Virus record (IMG/VR): IMGVR_UViG_3300045988_021171
Span: 1-54,193 of that record
DNA from: a virus
Reading direction: 5' to 3' (one strand)
DNA length: 54,193 nucleotides
In this document: piece after piece, positions 35,415 to 43,781 of the stretch
Layout of the letters: each line of letters starts with the position of its first letter
Numbering within the stretch: position 1 is the first letter of the stretch
Position numbers and translations under genes: made by a program
The notes under the pieces: model-generated
Database searches by the model: none
What the model saw: the letters and a program-made list of their open reading frames with translations, nothing else
Told to the model about the DNA's origin: nothing

Positions 35415-36484
35415 TAAGCGTCTCCTTCTTCTTGGGTAGCTAAGTAGTAAGTAACCCCATTGGATTCAATCTTAAGACATAGTTCATTTCCAAAATGAAG
35501 AGTGAAGTAATCTTCCGATACAGTAGCTAAAATATCCCGCAATAGTAGGCTATTTACCGCACACGTGAAGTCACTACCTTTATCCCCTGAAGCGTACTTA
35601 ACCAGCTCCTTAGAACCTGATGTAGTAATAATCGCAAGCTGTTTAGGTCCGAAGTCTAAGTGAATTGTACCTTTGTCGAACGCAGTCATGAACAAAGTAA
35701 GACGGTCTAGGATACTTTGAATATCCGCCGTAGGGAGTGTAACTACTGATTCGAACTTTTGGCTATCCATGACACTCATGTCCTGATAGTCTTCGACTCC
35801 CTCCATTACACGACCATAAATCTCTACCGTCGCAGTAGATACATAAATGAACTCATCATCTAATGTCCAAAGGTATAGCTTGTCGTCTGTTAAAGAGGAA
35901 AGTAGTCGCATTAGTGAAGACGGGATAAGTAACTTAGCCCCAATATCGTCAATAGGATTCAGACACACCCGAATAATATCAGATGTAATAGCTTGATCTC
36001 CGTCTAATAGGTAACCTGTATAGATACCGTCTGCGTTACTTTTAGATACAGCGGAGTCGTTCACGTTGGCGATATTGTAGAACAGGGAAGACTTCAATAA
36101 CTTAGCGTCGTCCTCACTTAAATCCTCCGGTAGGGCTTCGTCGAACAATGGATAAGATTCATCACTTGGTACAATATCTACCTTGTAAGTACCGTTACCT
36201 TTAACTTCCAAGTACTCCGCCTTAGGTGTAAGGGAAATAGAATCCACGGTAGTCTTTTCAACTAGTTTACCAAATTGTTCAGCTTTCACAATGACGTCAA
36301 TTTCCCCGTCAGCTTCGAGGGTATAGCGTAGCCAGTTGGAACCGTCATAAGCTGTAAAGGTAACAATTCCATCAGCTCCTTCGATATACCAATATCGAGT
36401 AATTTCGAGTAACTTACTAGGAACTAATCGATTTAGCTGGCCTACGACCTGCATAAGGGTCTGCGTTTTAAACGTAATGCTCAT
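35414..36484 (-). CDS. dnaN: DNA polymerase III beta sliding-clamp-like protein
   Basis: 356 aa, the size of a three-domain clamp. The N-terminus (FKTQTLMQVVGQLNRLVP...TFTAYDGSN) is like DnaN. It is the first gene after its own promoter motif, with RBS aaaggagg. Confidence 0.65.
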   Translation of the reverse strand: MSITFKTQTLMQVVGQLNRLVPSKLLEITRYWYIEGADGIVTFTAYDGSNWLRYTLEADGEIDVIVKAEQFGKLVEKTTVDSISLTPKAEYLEVKGNGTYKVDIVPSDESYPLFDEALPEDLSEDDAKLLKSSLFYNIANVNDSAVSKSNADGIYTGYLLDGDQAITSDIIRVCLNPIDDIGAKLLIPSSLMRLLSSLTDDKLYLWTLDDEFIYVSTATVEIYGRVMEGVEDYQDMSVMDSQKFESVVTLPTADIQSILDRLTLFMTAFDKGTIHLDFGPKQLAIITTSGSKELVKYASGDKGSDFTCAVNSLLLRDILATVSEDYFTLHFGNELCLKIESNGVTYYLATQEEGDA

Positions 36485-36515
36485 CTTGAGCCTCCTTTAA
36501 TTTTAGTTATACATT

Positions 36516-36545
36516 AATATACACCAATTTTCGATATTTTGTAAA
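36516..36545 (-). promoter_or_regulatory. Conserved class-II promoter-like motif upstream of the clamp gene
   Basis: Minus strand: TTTACA-aaatatcgaaaattGGTG-TATATT with an 18-nt spacer. Confidence 0.5.
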
Positions 36546-36550
36546 CACCT

Positions 36551-36577
36551 AAAAAGACCTTATTTAATAATAAGGTC
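36551..36577 (-). terminator. Rho-independent terminator ending the 7-deazaguanine operon
   Basis: Perfect 9-bp stem gaccttatt/aataaggtc with a 4-nt loop, followed on the minus strand by TTTTT. It lies 14 nt after the dpdA stop. Confidence 0.8.
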
Positions 36578-36590
36578 ATTTCATAAGGAG

Positions 36591-37526
36591 CTAAAATAAT
36601 CGGTTCTGTTTATGCTTGATAGGCGTGTAAGTATAATTACTAGCCCAATCAAGTAAGTACTGACAGTTGATTAATTCACGTGCAATGTAATTGTCTGCGA
36701 GTTCCTCGACTGTAAAGTTCAAACCGGATTCCTGAATCAGTTGTAAGATACTGTCTTGTACCGGCTTACCTAAACGGTAGAAGTTCGCAGCTCCTCCATC
36801 CTTACGAGCAAAACTAATATTTCCATAAGGGGTCATAATGTTACCCATTGCGCCTGTAAGAATGGCTGAAGTAGAGTCCGCTGACGTGAATGGAAATTGT
36901 TCCAAGATTTTAACCGCGGTAACACCAAAGGCGTGCGTCTTAATTTCAGGGTTCGAACTACTTTGAATAGTTTCGAATACACGACTAAGCCATTTCTCAC
37001 GTTCGTTACCGTGGACACCTACTAGTCCACCTAATCCCATGTACAACACTTTAGACCCGTCTTTGTGACGGTGGTTCAGGATCTTATCTAAATAGTCCCA
37101 CGGTTCCCCAATGTGAAATACTGGAATAACACGGTCACGGTCTTTCACTCGTTCGTACATATACAAGTAATTATCCCATGACTGACTACTTGCATCTAAT
37201 ACTTGTTGACGTGTAGCAAAGTGTCCCTTATCCCCTGGAATCACATCAAGTGACGCAATAACTTCGAACCTTCCTTGATTACTATTTAGGTAATCAATGT
37301 ACTCGTCTATGTCAATGTGAACATTTCTTGTCCACGCGCCATAGGCACTTGAATCTACAAATACCTTACCACTGAAATCTGGATGACTATCTGCGTATTC
37401 GAACCAAGTCTTACCTGTAGAAGTTCGTTCGTACTTCTGAGTAAACAATCGATTAGCGTTACGAGATAATAGGAAGTCCTCTATAGCCTTTGCACATCCT
37501 CCAGCGAAGTATAAATTAATACTCAT
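36591..37526 (-). CDS. dpdA: DpdA-like DNA (7-deazaguanine) transglycosylase, TGT superfamily
   Basis: The start is moved to the ATG at 37526 (MSINLYFAGG), with RBS gaaagg 6 nt upstream. VFVDSSAYGAW parallels the TGT DSGGFQ motif and MGLGGLVG parallels the TGT GGL.VG motif. It is the last gene of the que operon. Confidence 0.75.
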   Translation of the reverse strand: MSINLYFAGGCAKAIEDFLLSRNANRLFTQKYERTSTGKTWFEYADSHPDFSGKVFVDSSAYGAWTRNVHIDIDEYIDYLNSNQGRFEVIASLDVIPGDKGHFATRQQVLDASSQSWDNYLYMYERVKDRDRVIPVFHIGEPWDYLDKILNHRHKDGSKVLYMGLGGLVGVHGNEREKWLSRVFETIQSSSNPEIKTHAFGVTAVKILEQFPFTSADSTSAILTGAMGNIMTPYGNISFARKDGGAANFYRLGKPVQDSILQLIQESGLNFTVEELADNYIARELINCQYLLDWASNYTYTPIKHKQNRLF

Positions 37527-38187
37527 GTTCAACCTTTCTGTCTTCATATCGACTAACTAACTTCACCGCAATGGTAGTAAATGGAAGGATAACTAATTCG
37601 TAACCCGTTTTAATTACTACCTGACTAAGTGTCATAATGATTAGTGTCTGTACAGGCATTAGTCCCCAGAATGCTAATGGAAGGAATACTAGACTATCTA
37701 CTAGTTCGCCCATGAGACTGGAAAAGATTGCACGTGAACCAAATCCCTTAATTGAATCCGGGTATTTACGTTTCATTTTAGCAAAGATACGGTCGTTTAC
37801 ATAGTCCCCAATAACGAATGCTAATAGTGAAGCTACTAGTACACGAGGGGTACTTCCTAGAACTGTTTGGAAAGCTTCCTGATTTTGCCAGTAACTTGGG
37901 GCAGGACTTTGAATCACTGCGCTAAAGACTAGGGCGGCAAATAGGTTAGCCGCAAATCCAAAGTAACAAGTTAAACGACTCCAGCGGTATCCGTATACTT
38001 CAGACACCAAGTCGGATAGGATGTAAGTAATAGGGAAAATAAACACGGCTCCAGTCATTGTAATGTTAAATGGAAGAAGTACCTGTTTACTTGTAATAAT
38101 GTTACTTACTACCAGGGCTACTACGAAAAGCAAAGTCAAACCTAATTGAAGTTCGCTGACCATCTTTTTGCGTTTAAATGCTTGCAT
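37516..38187 (-). CDS. yhhQ: Queuosine-precursor (preQ0/preQ1) transporter, YhhQ/VUT family
   Basis: 223 aa with about six TM helices. The family-typical motifs are VVSNIITSKQ, FIFPITYILSDLVSEVYGY and SRAIFSSLMGELVDSLVF. Confidence 0.8.
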   Translation of the reverse strand: MQAFKRKKMVSELQLGLTLLFVVALVVSNIITSKQVLLPFNITMTGAVFIFPITYILSDLVSEVYGYRWSRLTCYFGFAANLFAALVFSAVIQSPAPSYWQNQEAFQTVLGSTPRVLVASLLAFVIGDYVNDRIFAKMKRKYPDSIKGFGSRAIFSSLMGELVDSLVFLPLAFWGLMPVQTLIIMTLSQVVIKTGYELVILPFTTIAVKLVSRYEDRKVEHEY

Positions 38188-38196
38188 ACTGACCTC

Positions 38197-38832
38197 CTAA
38201 TTACGAATAAGTTGAAGTAGTTCAGCTCGAGCAGCATCGTTTTCGCGGAACAATCCACGCATTGTTGAAGTAACAGTAGTAGCCCCGTGTTTCTTAATCC
38301 CACGACCGCTCATGCAAGTATGTTCCGCTTCTACAATTACTGCAACGGCTTGAGGGTTTAGAACTTCCTGGATAGCATCTGCGATTTCTTGGGTCAAACG
38401 TTCTTGAACTTGAAGTCGTTTAGCGTACCCTTCTACAACTCGTCCGAATTTAGATAGTCCAGTAATCTTATCACTTGGAATGTAAGCGATATGAACCTTA
38501 CCTACGAACGGGGCTAAATGGTGTTCGCATAGGGAGTTGAATGGAATGTCCTTCACTAGGACGAGGTCGTTATGGTTAACGTCAAACGTCTTTTCTAAAT
38601 GTAGTTTAGGGTCTTCACGGTATCCTACGGTATGTTCAGCAAGTGCTTTTACAAACCGGAAAGGCGTATCTTGTAACCCATCACGGTCAGCGTCCTCACC
38701 TAATAGACTAAACAGTCCTTGAATAGCTGATTCAGCGTTGTCTAGCGTAGTAATTTCATTTACACCAAGTGAAGAAAATCCATTCTCACGTCCCAAGATG
38801 TTACTTATTTTATCTAATTGTTCAATTTTCAT
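38197..38832 (-). CDS. folE: GTP cyclohydrolase I
   Basis: The start is moved to the ATG at 38832 (MKIEQL), with RBS gaggag 6 nt upstream. The active-site stretch is SLCEHHLAPFVGKVHIAYIP, followed by RLQVQERLT and HTCMSGRG. Confidence 0.9.
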   Translation of the reverse strand: MKIEQLDKISNILGRENGFSSLGVNEITTLDNAESAIQGLFSLLGEDADRDGLQDTPFRFVKALAEHTVGYREDPKLHLEKTFDVNHNDLVLVKDIPFNSLCEHHLAPFVGKVHIAYIPSDKITGLSKFGRVVEGYAKRLQVQERLTQEIADAIQEVLNPQAVAVIVEAEHTCMSGRGIKKHGATTVTSTMRGLFRENDAARAELLQLIRN

Positions 38833-38833
38833 T

Positions 38834-39628
38834 TTATACTCCTCGTTTGTTGTCATATACCAATGTATGTAATTGCGGTAAAGGTCTTACGTTATTGAAC
38901 GCAGGGTCTTCGAATACCTTGTCCCATAACCAGCCAAGTTTTTCCAGTAAGCGGTCACTAATTTTACCCTCTTCGTAGGCGTTTGCGTTACCTACTGATA
39001 GGTAGTTTACTGGACGCATTAAGTGGGCGAACTCTTGAAATAGGTTACGTGCGTAAGCTAAATCTACATCGTCGAAGATTACAATCTTAAACGACCATTC
39101 GAGTCCCTCTTCATTAAATCGTTCAATAATCTTTTCCAAGATTTTCATATTAGTACGCATCCCACTTGACGGCGGTTTAGGACTTAGTGTAATGTCGGAT
39201 ACTTCTTTCATCCACTCTTGGTATCGAGTACCTTGGGTCTCTAGTCCGAACTTAAAGCCGTACTTCTTCAATTCAGTAATCATTTCTTGCATAGGTTCAC
39301 CAATCAGTGCTGGGTTACCTCCTGTCAGTGTAACATGATTACAAATTTGCTGACCTTTGTCGTTGAACGCTAATTTCAGGATTCTGTTAGCGGCTTCAAG
39401 ACCTGTAATGTATTCCGGTTCAGTAGTACCGTTCCATGTGAAAGCTGAATCACACCAGTTGCAGTGAAAATCGCATCCACCTGTACGAATAAAAATAGTC
39501 TTTTGACCGATTACCATACCTTCGCCCTGAATAGTAGGTCCGAAAATTTCCATAACTGGAAACTCGGTCTTACTATTGGTACGAATTTTAATCTTCCCAC
39601 GGTCAGGCTGATTATACTGATTTGGCAT
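38834..39628 (-). CDS. queE: 7-carboxy-7-deazaguanine synthase (radical SAM)
   Basis: 264 aa. MEIFGPTIQGEGMVIGQKTIFIRTGGCDFHCNWCDSAFTW carries the CxxxCxxC cluster. TLSPKPPSS and LPQLHTLVYDNKRGV closely follow Bacillus-type QueE. Confidence 0.9.
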   Translation of the reverse strand: MPNQYNQPDRGKIKIRTNSKTEFPVMEIFGPTIQGEGMVIGQKTIFIRTGGCDFHCNWCDSAFTWNGTTEPEYITGLEAANRILKLAFNDKGQQICNHVTLTGGNPALIGEPMQEMITELKKYGFKFGLETQGTRYQEWMKEVSDITLSPKPPSSGMRTNMKILEKIIERFNEEGLEWSFKIVIFDDVDLAYARNLFQEFAHLMRPVNYLSVGNANAYEEGKISDRLLEKLGWLWDKVFEDPAFNNVRPLPQLHTLVYDNKRGV

Positions 39629-40130
39629 TTTCTAACAACTCCTTTACTGTGATGTACCCATGCTTGTCGTAGAATCGAACTTGGTAGTACTGCTCTACTT
39701 CTTCATCTGTAAAGATTTCATAGTAGTCACTCTCTGCGTACCCTGTAGGTGTTTCCCACAATCGAACAAAGTCTAAACGAGCGTAAGGTTGAAGAGCTTT
39801 TCCTAAATACCATGCTAAGAATTTAGACATATTCTCTGCGGTAGTCCGGAATCCAAAGATAACTCGCTTAGTACTTACGGCGTTAGCTAGTGCAATAGGT
39901 TCATCTCCTCGGAGCAATGTAGCATGGTCTAGACGGTCGATAAGTGCTCCAGCGTACTTCTTAACATGATAGAAGTCTACTACCATACCTTCGCTTGAAC
40001 CTTCCGTATGAAGTGGTCCAGTAAAGGATAGTTCAACCTTATAGGTATGACCGTGTAGGTTAGCACATTTTCCAAAATGACCTACAAGTTGATGACTTGC
40101 GTCAAAGCTAAATTGTTTACAAACTTTCAT
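39612..40130 (-). CDS. queD: 6-carboxy-5,6,7,8-tetrahydropterin synthase
   Basis: 172 aa with PTPS-family motifs FSFDASHQL and KCANLHGHTYKVE. Confidence 0.85.
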   Translation of the reverse strand: MKVCKQFSFDASHQLVGHFGKCANLHGHTYKVELSFTGPLHTEGSSEGMVVDFYHVKKYAGALIDRLDHATLLRGDEPIALANAVSTKRVIFGFRTTAENMSKFLAWYLGKALQPYARLDFVRLWETPTGYAESDYYEIFTDEEVEQYYQVRFYDKHGYITVKELLENAKSV

Positions 40131-40132
40131 TT

Positions 40133-40822
40133 TTAGTTCCTTTCGTATTGGACAGGGTCAGTAACACCGTTCACTTCAAACGCATGTAAACGGTCGATAC
40201 ACGTAGCACATTTACCACAAGCGTATTCATGTCCTTCGTAACATGAACGAGTAAGTTCATAAGGTGCGTTAATTTTAAGTCCAGCGGCTACTACCTGCGC
40301 CTTATTTAGGTTAAGGAGTGGAGCAAGTAGATGTACAGTATGTCCAGTACCTTGGAAAATTGCTTGGTCCATAGCGGCGTAAAATTCGGGTGTACAGTCT
40401 GGATAAGCTGACCCAGCAGCGTCATCACTGTGAGCTCCGTACCAAACCTCATCTGCGTTCTTACTATAAGCCAATGCTGCGGCTTGTGACAACATTAATC
40501 CATTTCTAAATGGTACATAGGTATCTACAACACCTTCACCATTCTTAGCTAAAATGTCAGCGTAGGATTCATGGGAAATTTCCCCGTTACCTTGTAGTAG
40601 AGTAGATTTCGAACCTTGGAAAATCTGTCGAGAAACTGCCGCTTCTACAAGTTCAACTCCTAGATGTTTTGCTACGTTACGGGCGTTTTGCAATTCATTT
40701 GAATGCTTTTGCCCGTACAAGAAAGTTAATGCGGTAACCTTATCGGCTCCGTATCTAGCGACTGCCATTGCGAGGCAGGTAGTGGAGTCAACTCCTCCAC
40801 TCAATAAAACCACTTTGTTCAT
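40133..40822 (-). CDS. queC: 7-cyano-7-deazaguanine (preQ0) synthase
   Basis: 229 aa with PP-loop VVLLSGGVDSTTCL, then YGQKHSNE, VPFRNG and YPDC. The C-terminal zinc site is SCYEG...CGKCATCIDR. Confidence 0.9.
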   Translation of the reverse strand: MNKVVLLSGGVDSTTCLAMAVARYGADKVTALTFLYGQKHSNELQNARNVAKHLGVELVEAAVSRQIFQGSKSTLLQGNGEISHESYADILAKNGEGVVDTYVPFRNGLMLSQAAALAYSKNADEVWYGAHSDDAAGSAYPDCTPEFYAAMDQAIFQGTGHTVHLLAPLLNLNKAQVVAAGLKINAPYELTRSCYEGHEYACGKCATCIDRLHAFEVNGVTDPVQYERN

Positions 40823-40882
40823 GCGGCCCTCCGTTTATTTTTATTAGTTACAGGTCAAACGAATTGAAAATCTGTATACTTT

Positions 40883-40912
40883 ATTATACACCAAATTTCG
40901 TCAATTTGTTTA
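40883..40912 (-). promoter_or_regulatory. Conserved class-II promoter-like motif driving the que operon
   Basis: Minus strand: TAAACA-aattgacgaaatttGGTG-TATAAT with an 18-nt spacer. It lies between a terminator and the queC RBS. Confidence 0.55.
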
Positions 40913-40920
40913 CCAAGAGT

Positions 40921-40950
40921 AAAAAATAGGTACCGAGGGTTACCTATTTT
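40921..40950 (-). terminator. Rho-independent terminator after the polA-coupled small gene
   Basis: Stem aaaataggta/tacctatttt (10 bp) with an 8-nt loop. On the minus strand it is followed by TTTTTT. Confidence 0.75.
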
Positions 40951-40961
40951 AAACATAGTGA

Positions 40962-41402
40962 CTAAAAGAGTCTCCGTTGCTGTGAATTTTTCACGCTATC
41001 CAACTCCTGAGACAATCTAGCTAATTGTCGACCTGGAGTCAGTCCAATAATCGGAGCATGCTTCTTACCTGTAAAATATTTATCTACCGGCTTGTAATAA
41101 TGCTGATTACCTAAGAATACAACTTCCTCCCTAGGGTCGAATTGTTTTAGCTGACCTAATACTTCTTTAGACCATTTTCGGAAAAATTCATTTTCGCGTT
41201 CAGGTACCATTAGGTCATAGGGTTCAATAATCTTATCAGACGGAATAATACCGTACTTAGCGCTTAGGATGTAAATCGGAGCATCTGGGTATAAGGACTT
41301 AGCATATTTCAATTTGCCCTTAAATACGGAGCCTATGTAAATGTCAATAGCTTTTGCTGGACAAGCTTGTTTTGCTTTACCACATGTAATAATTACAATC
41401 AC
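40962..41402 (-). CDS. Conserved-looking hypothetical protein translationally coupled to the DNA polymerase gene
   Basis: The start is moved to the GTG at 41402, which overlaps the polA stop (GTGA), with RBS agaggag 8 nt upstream. The protein is 146 aa with IITCGKAK...IYIGSVF...IYILSAKYGII. Function unknown. Confidence 0.5.
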   Translation of the reverse strand: MIVIITCGKAKQACPAKAIDIYIGSVFKGKLKYAKSLYPDAPIYILSAKYGIIPSDKIIEPYDLMVPERENEFFRKWSKEVLGQLKQFDPREEVVFLGNQHYYKPVDKYFTGKKHAPIIGLTPGRQLARLSQELDSVKNSQQRRLF

Positions 41403-43738
41403 AATTGAATCTCCTCTCCGTACCATCTATCTACAATACTAGGGTCACATTTCATAGGTAGGCTAATAATATCCTTAGCGGCTTCAATCATAACTTCCGT
41501 CAATCGTTGCGCCCCTCGTTTCGCATTCTCCTTAGGAATCTCACCTAATAACTCGTCGTGTACCGGAATCATTAAATGGAACCCTAGTTCTTTCAATTCA
41601 GGGTCATTGTGTACCTTAATCATAGCATATTTAGTCATGTCTGCGGCGGTTCCCTGAATCACGGAGTTTAGACATTGACGTTCAGCGTCGGCTATTTTAC
41701 CGCCGTTATCATGAATCTTAATACCCTCCTCTAACGCACGTGATTTAATTTCGTTACGCTTTTTGAACCCCCAAGCTCTATCCAACTCCGCCCAATACTG
41801 TTCAATAATGTAGTCAGGTACTTCAGTAGACCCTTCAGCTTTCCCGTCAAAGTCTAATGGATCGAAGTTCTCGTTCTTACTAGCGTCTACATATTCGAAA
41901 GTATACTGCGGTAAACTCATGTCAGGAAGTCGTCTGCGTCGACCTGTAGCCGTCTCTGTGTACCCGTAGTCAATAGCATGTTGTTGAACAAATACAATGT
42001 ATTCAGCTACTTTAGGGAACTGCTTGAAGAAGTCTTCCATAACCTTAGAAGCTTCCTTTACGCTCACCTTCATTTGTTCAGCGATACTAGCTGCACCGCG
42101 ACCGTACATCAAACCTAATAGAACGGACTTCACGTTGTTACGGCGTTTCTTTCCTTCAGGATTAGTAGTTCCGTCTGGATTGAACTCCAAACAGTTTTCG
42201 TATTCAGTATGATATAGTTTCGAACCAATTACTGCGTATAAGTCCAAATTCTGTTCGTAAGCGTGAATCATATTCTCGTCACCACTTAACTCCGCAAGTG
42301 AACGAGGTTCTTGTTGGGAATAGTCACTACCTATAATGTAATGTCCAGGACTTGCCGCAAAGATTTGCCGAACGACTGCCCCCTCACCCCGTGATGGAAT
42401 ATTCTGTAAGTTAGGTCCTTCACTTGACATACGTCCTGTCTTAGCTCCATACTGTTTGAAATTAGTATGAACTCGATTGTCAGGTTTAGCGAGGTACTCG
42501 TCTAATGTCATGTAGGTTGAAACTAATTTCGCATATTTACGGTACTGAAGTAAAGCCTTAGCAATAGGAATGTCCCAAGCTTTAACAATATCTACGCCAG
42601 TTCCTCTAGGACTTCTATCGTCATTACTCTTTAGACCTAAAATGTCGTAGAATAGAATTGCGAGTTGCGTACTACTTGAAATAGATACCGTTACTTCCCC
42701 TTTACCATTCAGCGTTAGCTTTTGGTATTGCTGGAAGTTAATGGTTCGAAGATCTTCAATTTCGGGGGCATACTTAGCTACCTCATAATTGAATAACTCT
42801 TCAGCTTCCTCCATCTTTTGTTCAAACTCGGCTTTAATTTCCGCAAGTTTCACCTCGTCCAAGGCTACCCCGTAAGACTCCATATCGAACAAGACTTTGA
42901 TTAGTGGAAGTTCGATATTTTGATAAACTTCACTTACTCGCTCTAAATTACACGATTTACATTCTTCGGTTCCTGGAGTAAGGTACTTCTCCTGGAACTT
43001 GTAAAGCTCGTATGTCTGTAGTGGGTCAAAGGCCGCATACATATAGGCTACATCTGGAGGGATTAAACTAAATGGTATTCCTTTGAACAAGTCATTGAAC
43101 TTCGCGACTTCCGCATTCTCGTCCTCTTTCACGTATTTAGCGTAAAGAAGTTTCAATGAGTGAGGTTCATTTTCGTTCAATAAGTTCGACGCAATGTAAG
43201 TATCCCATAGTGGGTCAGGCATTCTAATACCTAGCTGCCAGTAGATACTATTAATATCGAACTTACCTAAATGGTACACAAACTTCACATCATATTCAAT
43301 CATTTCCTCAATGAACTCTTTCATAACCTTTGGATCGATTTGATCTTTGATGCGTTGCTTCGTTAAGTTACTTCGATGATTCAGTGGAACGTAAATAGCC
43401 TTTTCACCTTCCGTATACAAACAGACACCTACGAGGTCCTCGTGTATCGAATCCTTACCGTTAGTCTCCACGTCCAGGGCTACAATTCCATTTTCGATAC
43501 AAACTCCTATATACTCGTCAAGTCGGTCCTCGTCTGTAACTAGTTCCAATTTAGGAAGTACATCTTTTAAAATGCGTTTAGACATGGCTTTTGCTCTAGC
43601 TACCGCATCTCGTAAATGGTCACCACTAATATAGGTAACTTCTACCGAATCTTTACGGTTGCGTTTCTGCGCTAGTAACTTCTGGTCAGACTTTCTACCC
43701 CCTCGTGTAGGTATACCGAATAATCCTTTTTGTGTCAT
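41399..43738 (-). CDS. polA: Family A DNA polymerase (Pol I-like) with 3'-5' exonuclease domain
   Basis: 779 aa with Exo I ALDVETNG, motif A IIGSDYSQQEPR, motif B KKRRNNVKSVLLGLMYG and motif C MIPVHDELL. Confidence 0.9.
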   Translation of the reverse strand: MTQKGLFGIPTRGGRKSDQKLLAQKRNRKDSVEVTYISGDHLRDAVARAKAMSKRILKDVLPKLELVTDEDRLDEYIGVCIENGIVALDVETNGKDSIHEDLVGVCLYTEGEKAIYVPLNHRSNLTKQRIKDQIDPKVMKEFIEEMIEYDVKFVYHLGKFDINSIYWQLGIRMPDPLWDTYIASNLLNENEPHSLKLLYAKYVKEDENAEVAKFNDLFKGIPFSLIPPDVAYMYAAFDPLQTYELYKFQEKYLTPGTEECKSCNLERVSEVYQNIELPLIKVLFDMESYGVALDEVKLAEIKAEFEQKMEEAEELFNYEVAKYAPEIEDLRTINFQQYQKLTLNGKGEVTVSISSSTQLAILFYDILGLKSNDDRSPRGTGVDIVKAWDIPIAKALLQYRKYAKLVSTYMTLDEYLAKPDNRVHTNFKQYGAKTGRMSSEGPNLQNIPSRGEGAVVRQIFAASPGHYIIGSDYSQQEPRSLAELSGDENMIHAYEQNLDLYAVIGSKLYHTEYENCLEFNPDGTTNPEGKKRRNNVKSVLLGLMYGRGAASIAEQMKVSVKEASKVMEDFFKQFPKVAEYIVFVQQHAIDYGYTETATGRRRRLPDMSLPQYTFEYVDASKNENFDPLDFDGKAEGSTEVPDYIIEQYWAELDRAWGFKKRNEIKSRALEEGIKIHDNGGKIADAERQCLNSVIQGTAADMTKYAMIKVHNDPELKELGFHLMIPVHDELLGEIPKENAKRGAQRLTEVMIEAAKDIISLPMKCDPSIVDRWYGEEIQL

Positions 43739-43751
43739 TGTTTACCTTTCT

Positions 43752-43780
43752 AAAATAAAAAGGAAGCTAAATTGCTTCCT
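43752..43780 (-). terminator. Rho-independent terminator/attenuator between the SSB-like gene and polA
   Basis: Stem aggaagc/gcttcct (7 bp) with a 6-nt loop, followed on the minus strand by TTTTATTTT. It starts 2 nt after the stop at 43782. Confidence 0.65.
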
Positions 43781-43781
43781 C

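Noticed and set aside
36591-41402. I looked for further 7-deazaguanine tailoring genes (QueF, ArcS, Gat-QueC, methyl- or formyl-transferases) in or near the que operon.
   Set aside because: No ORF shows the QueF E(S/L)K(S/A)hK motif with a catalytic Cys context, a glutamine amidotransferase fusion or a methyltransferase SAM motif. The adjacent 146-aa protein has no such signature, so I make no claim of a new modification step.
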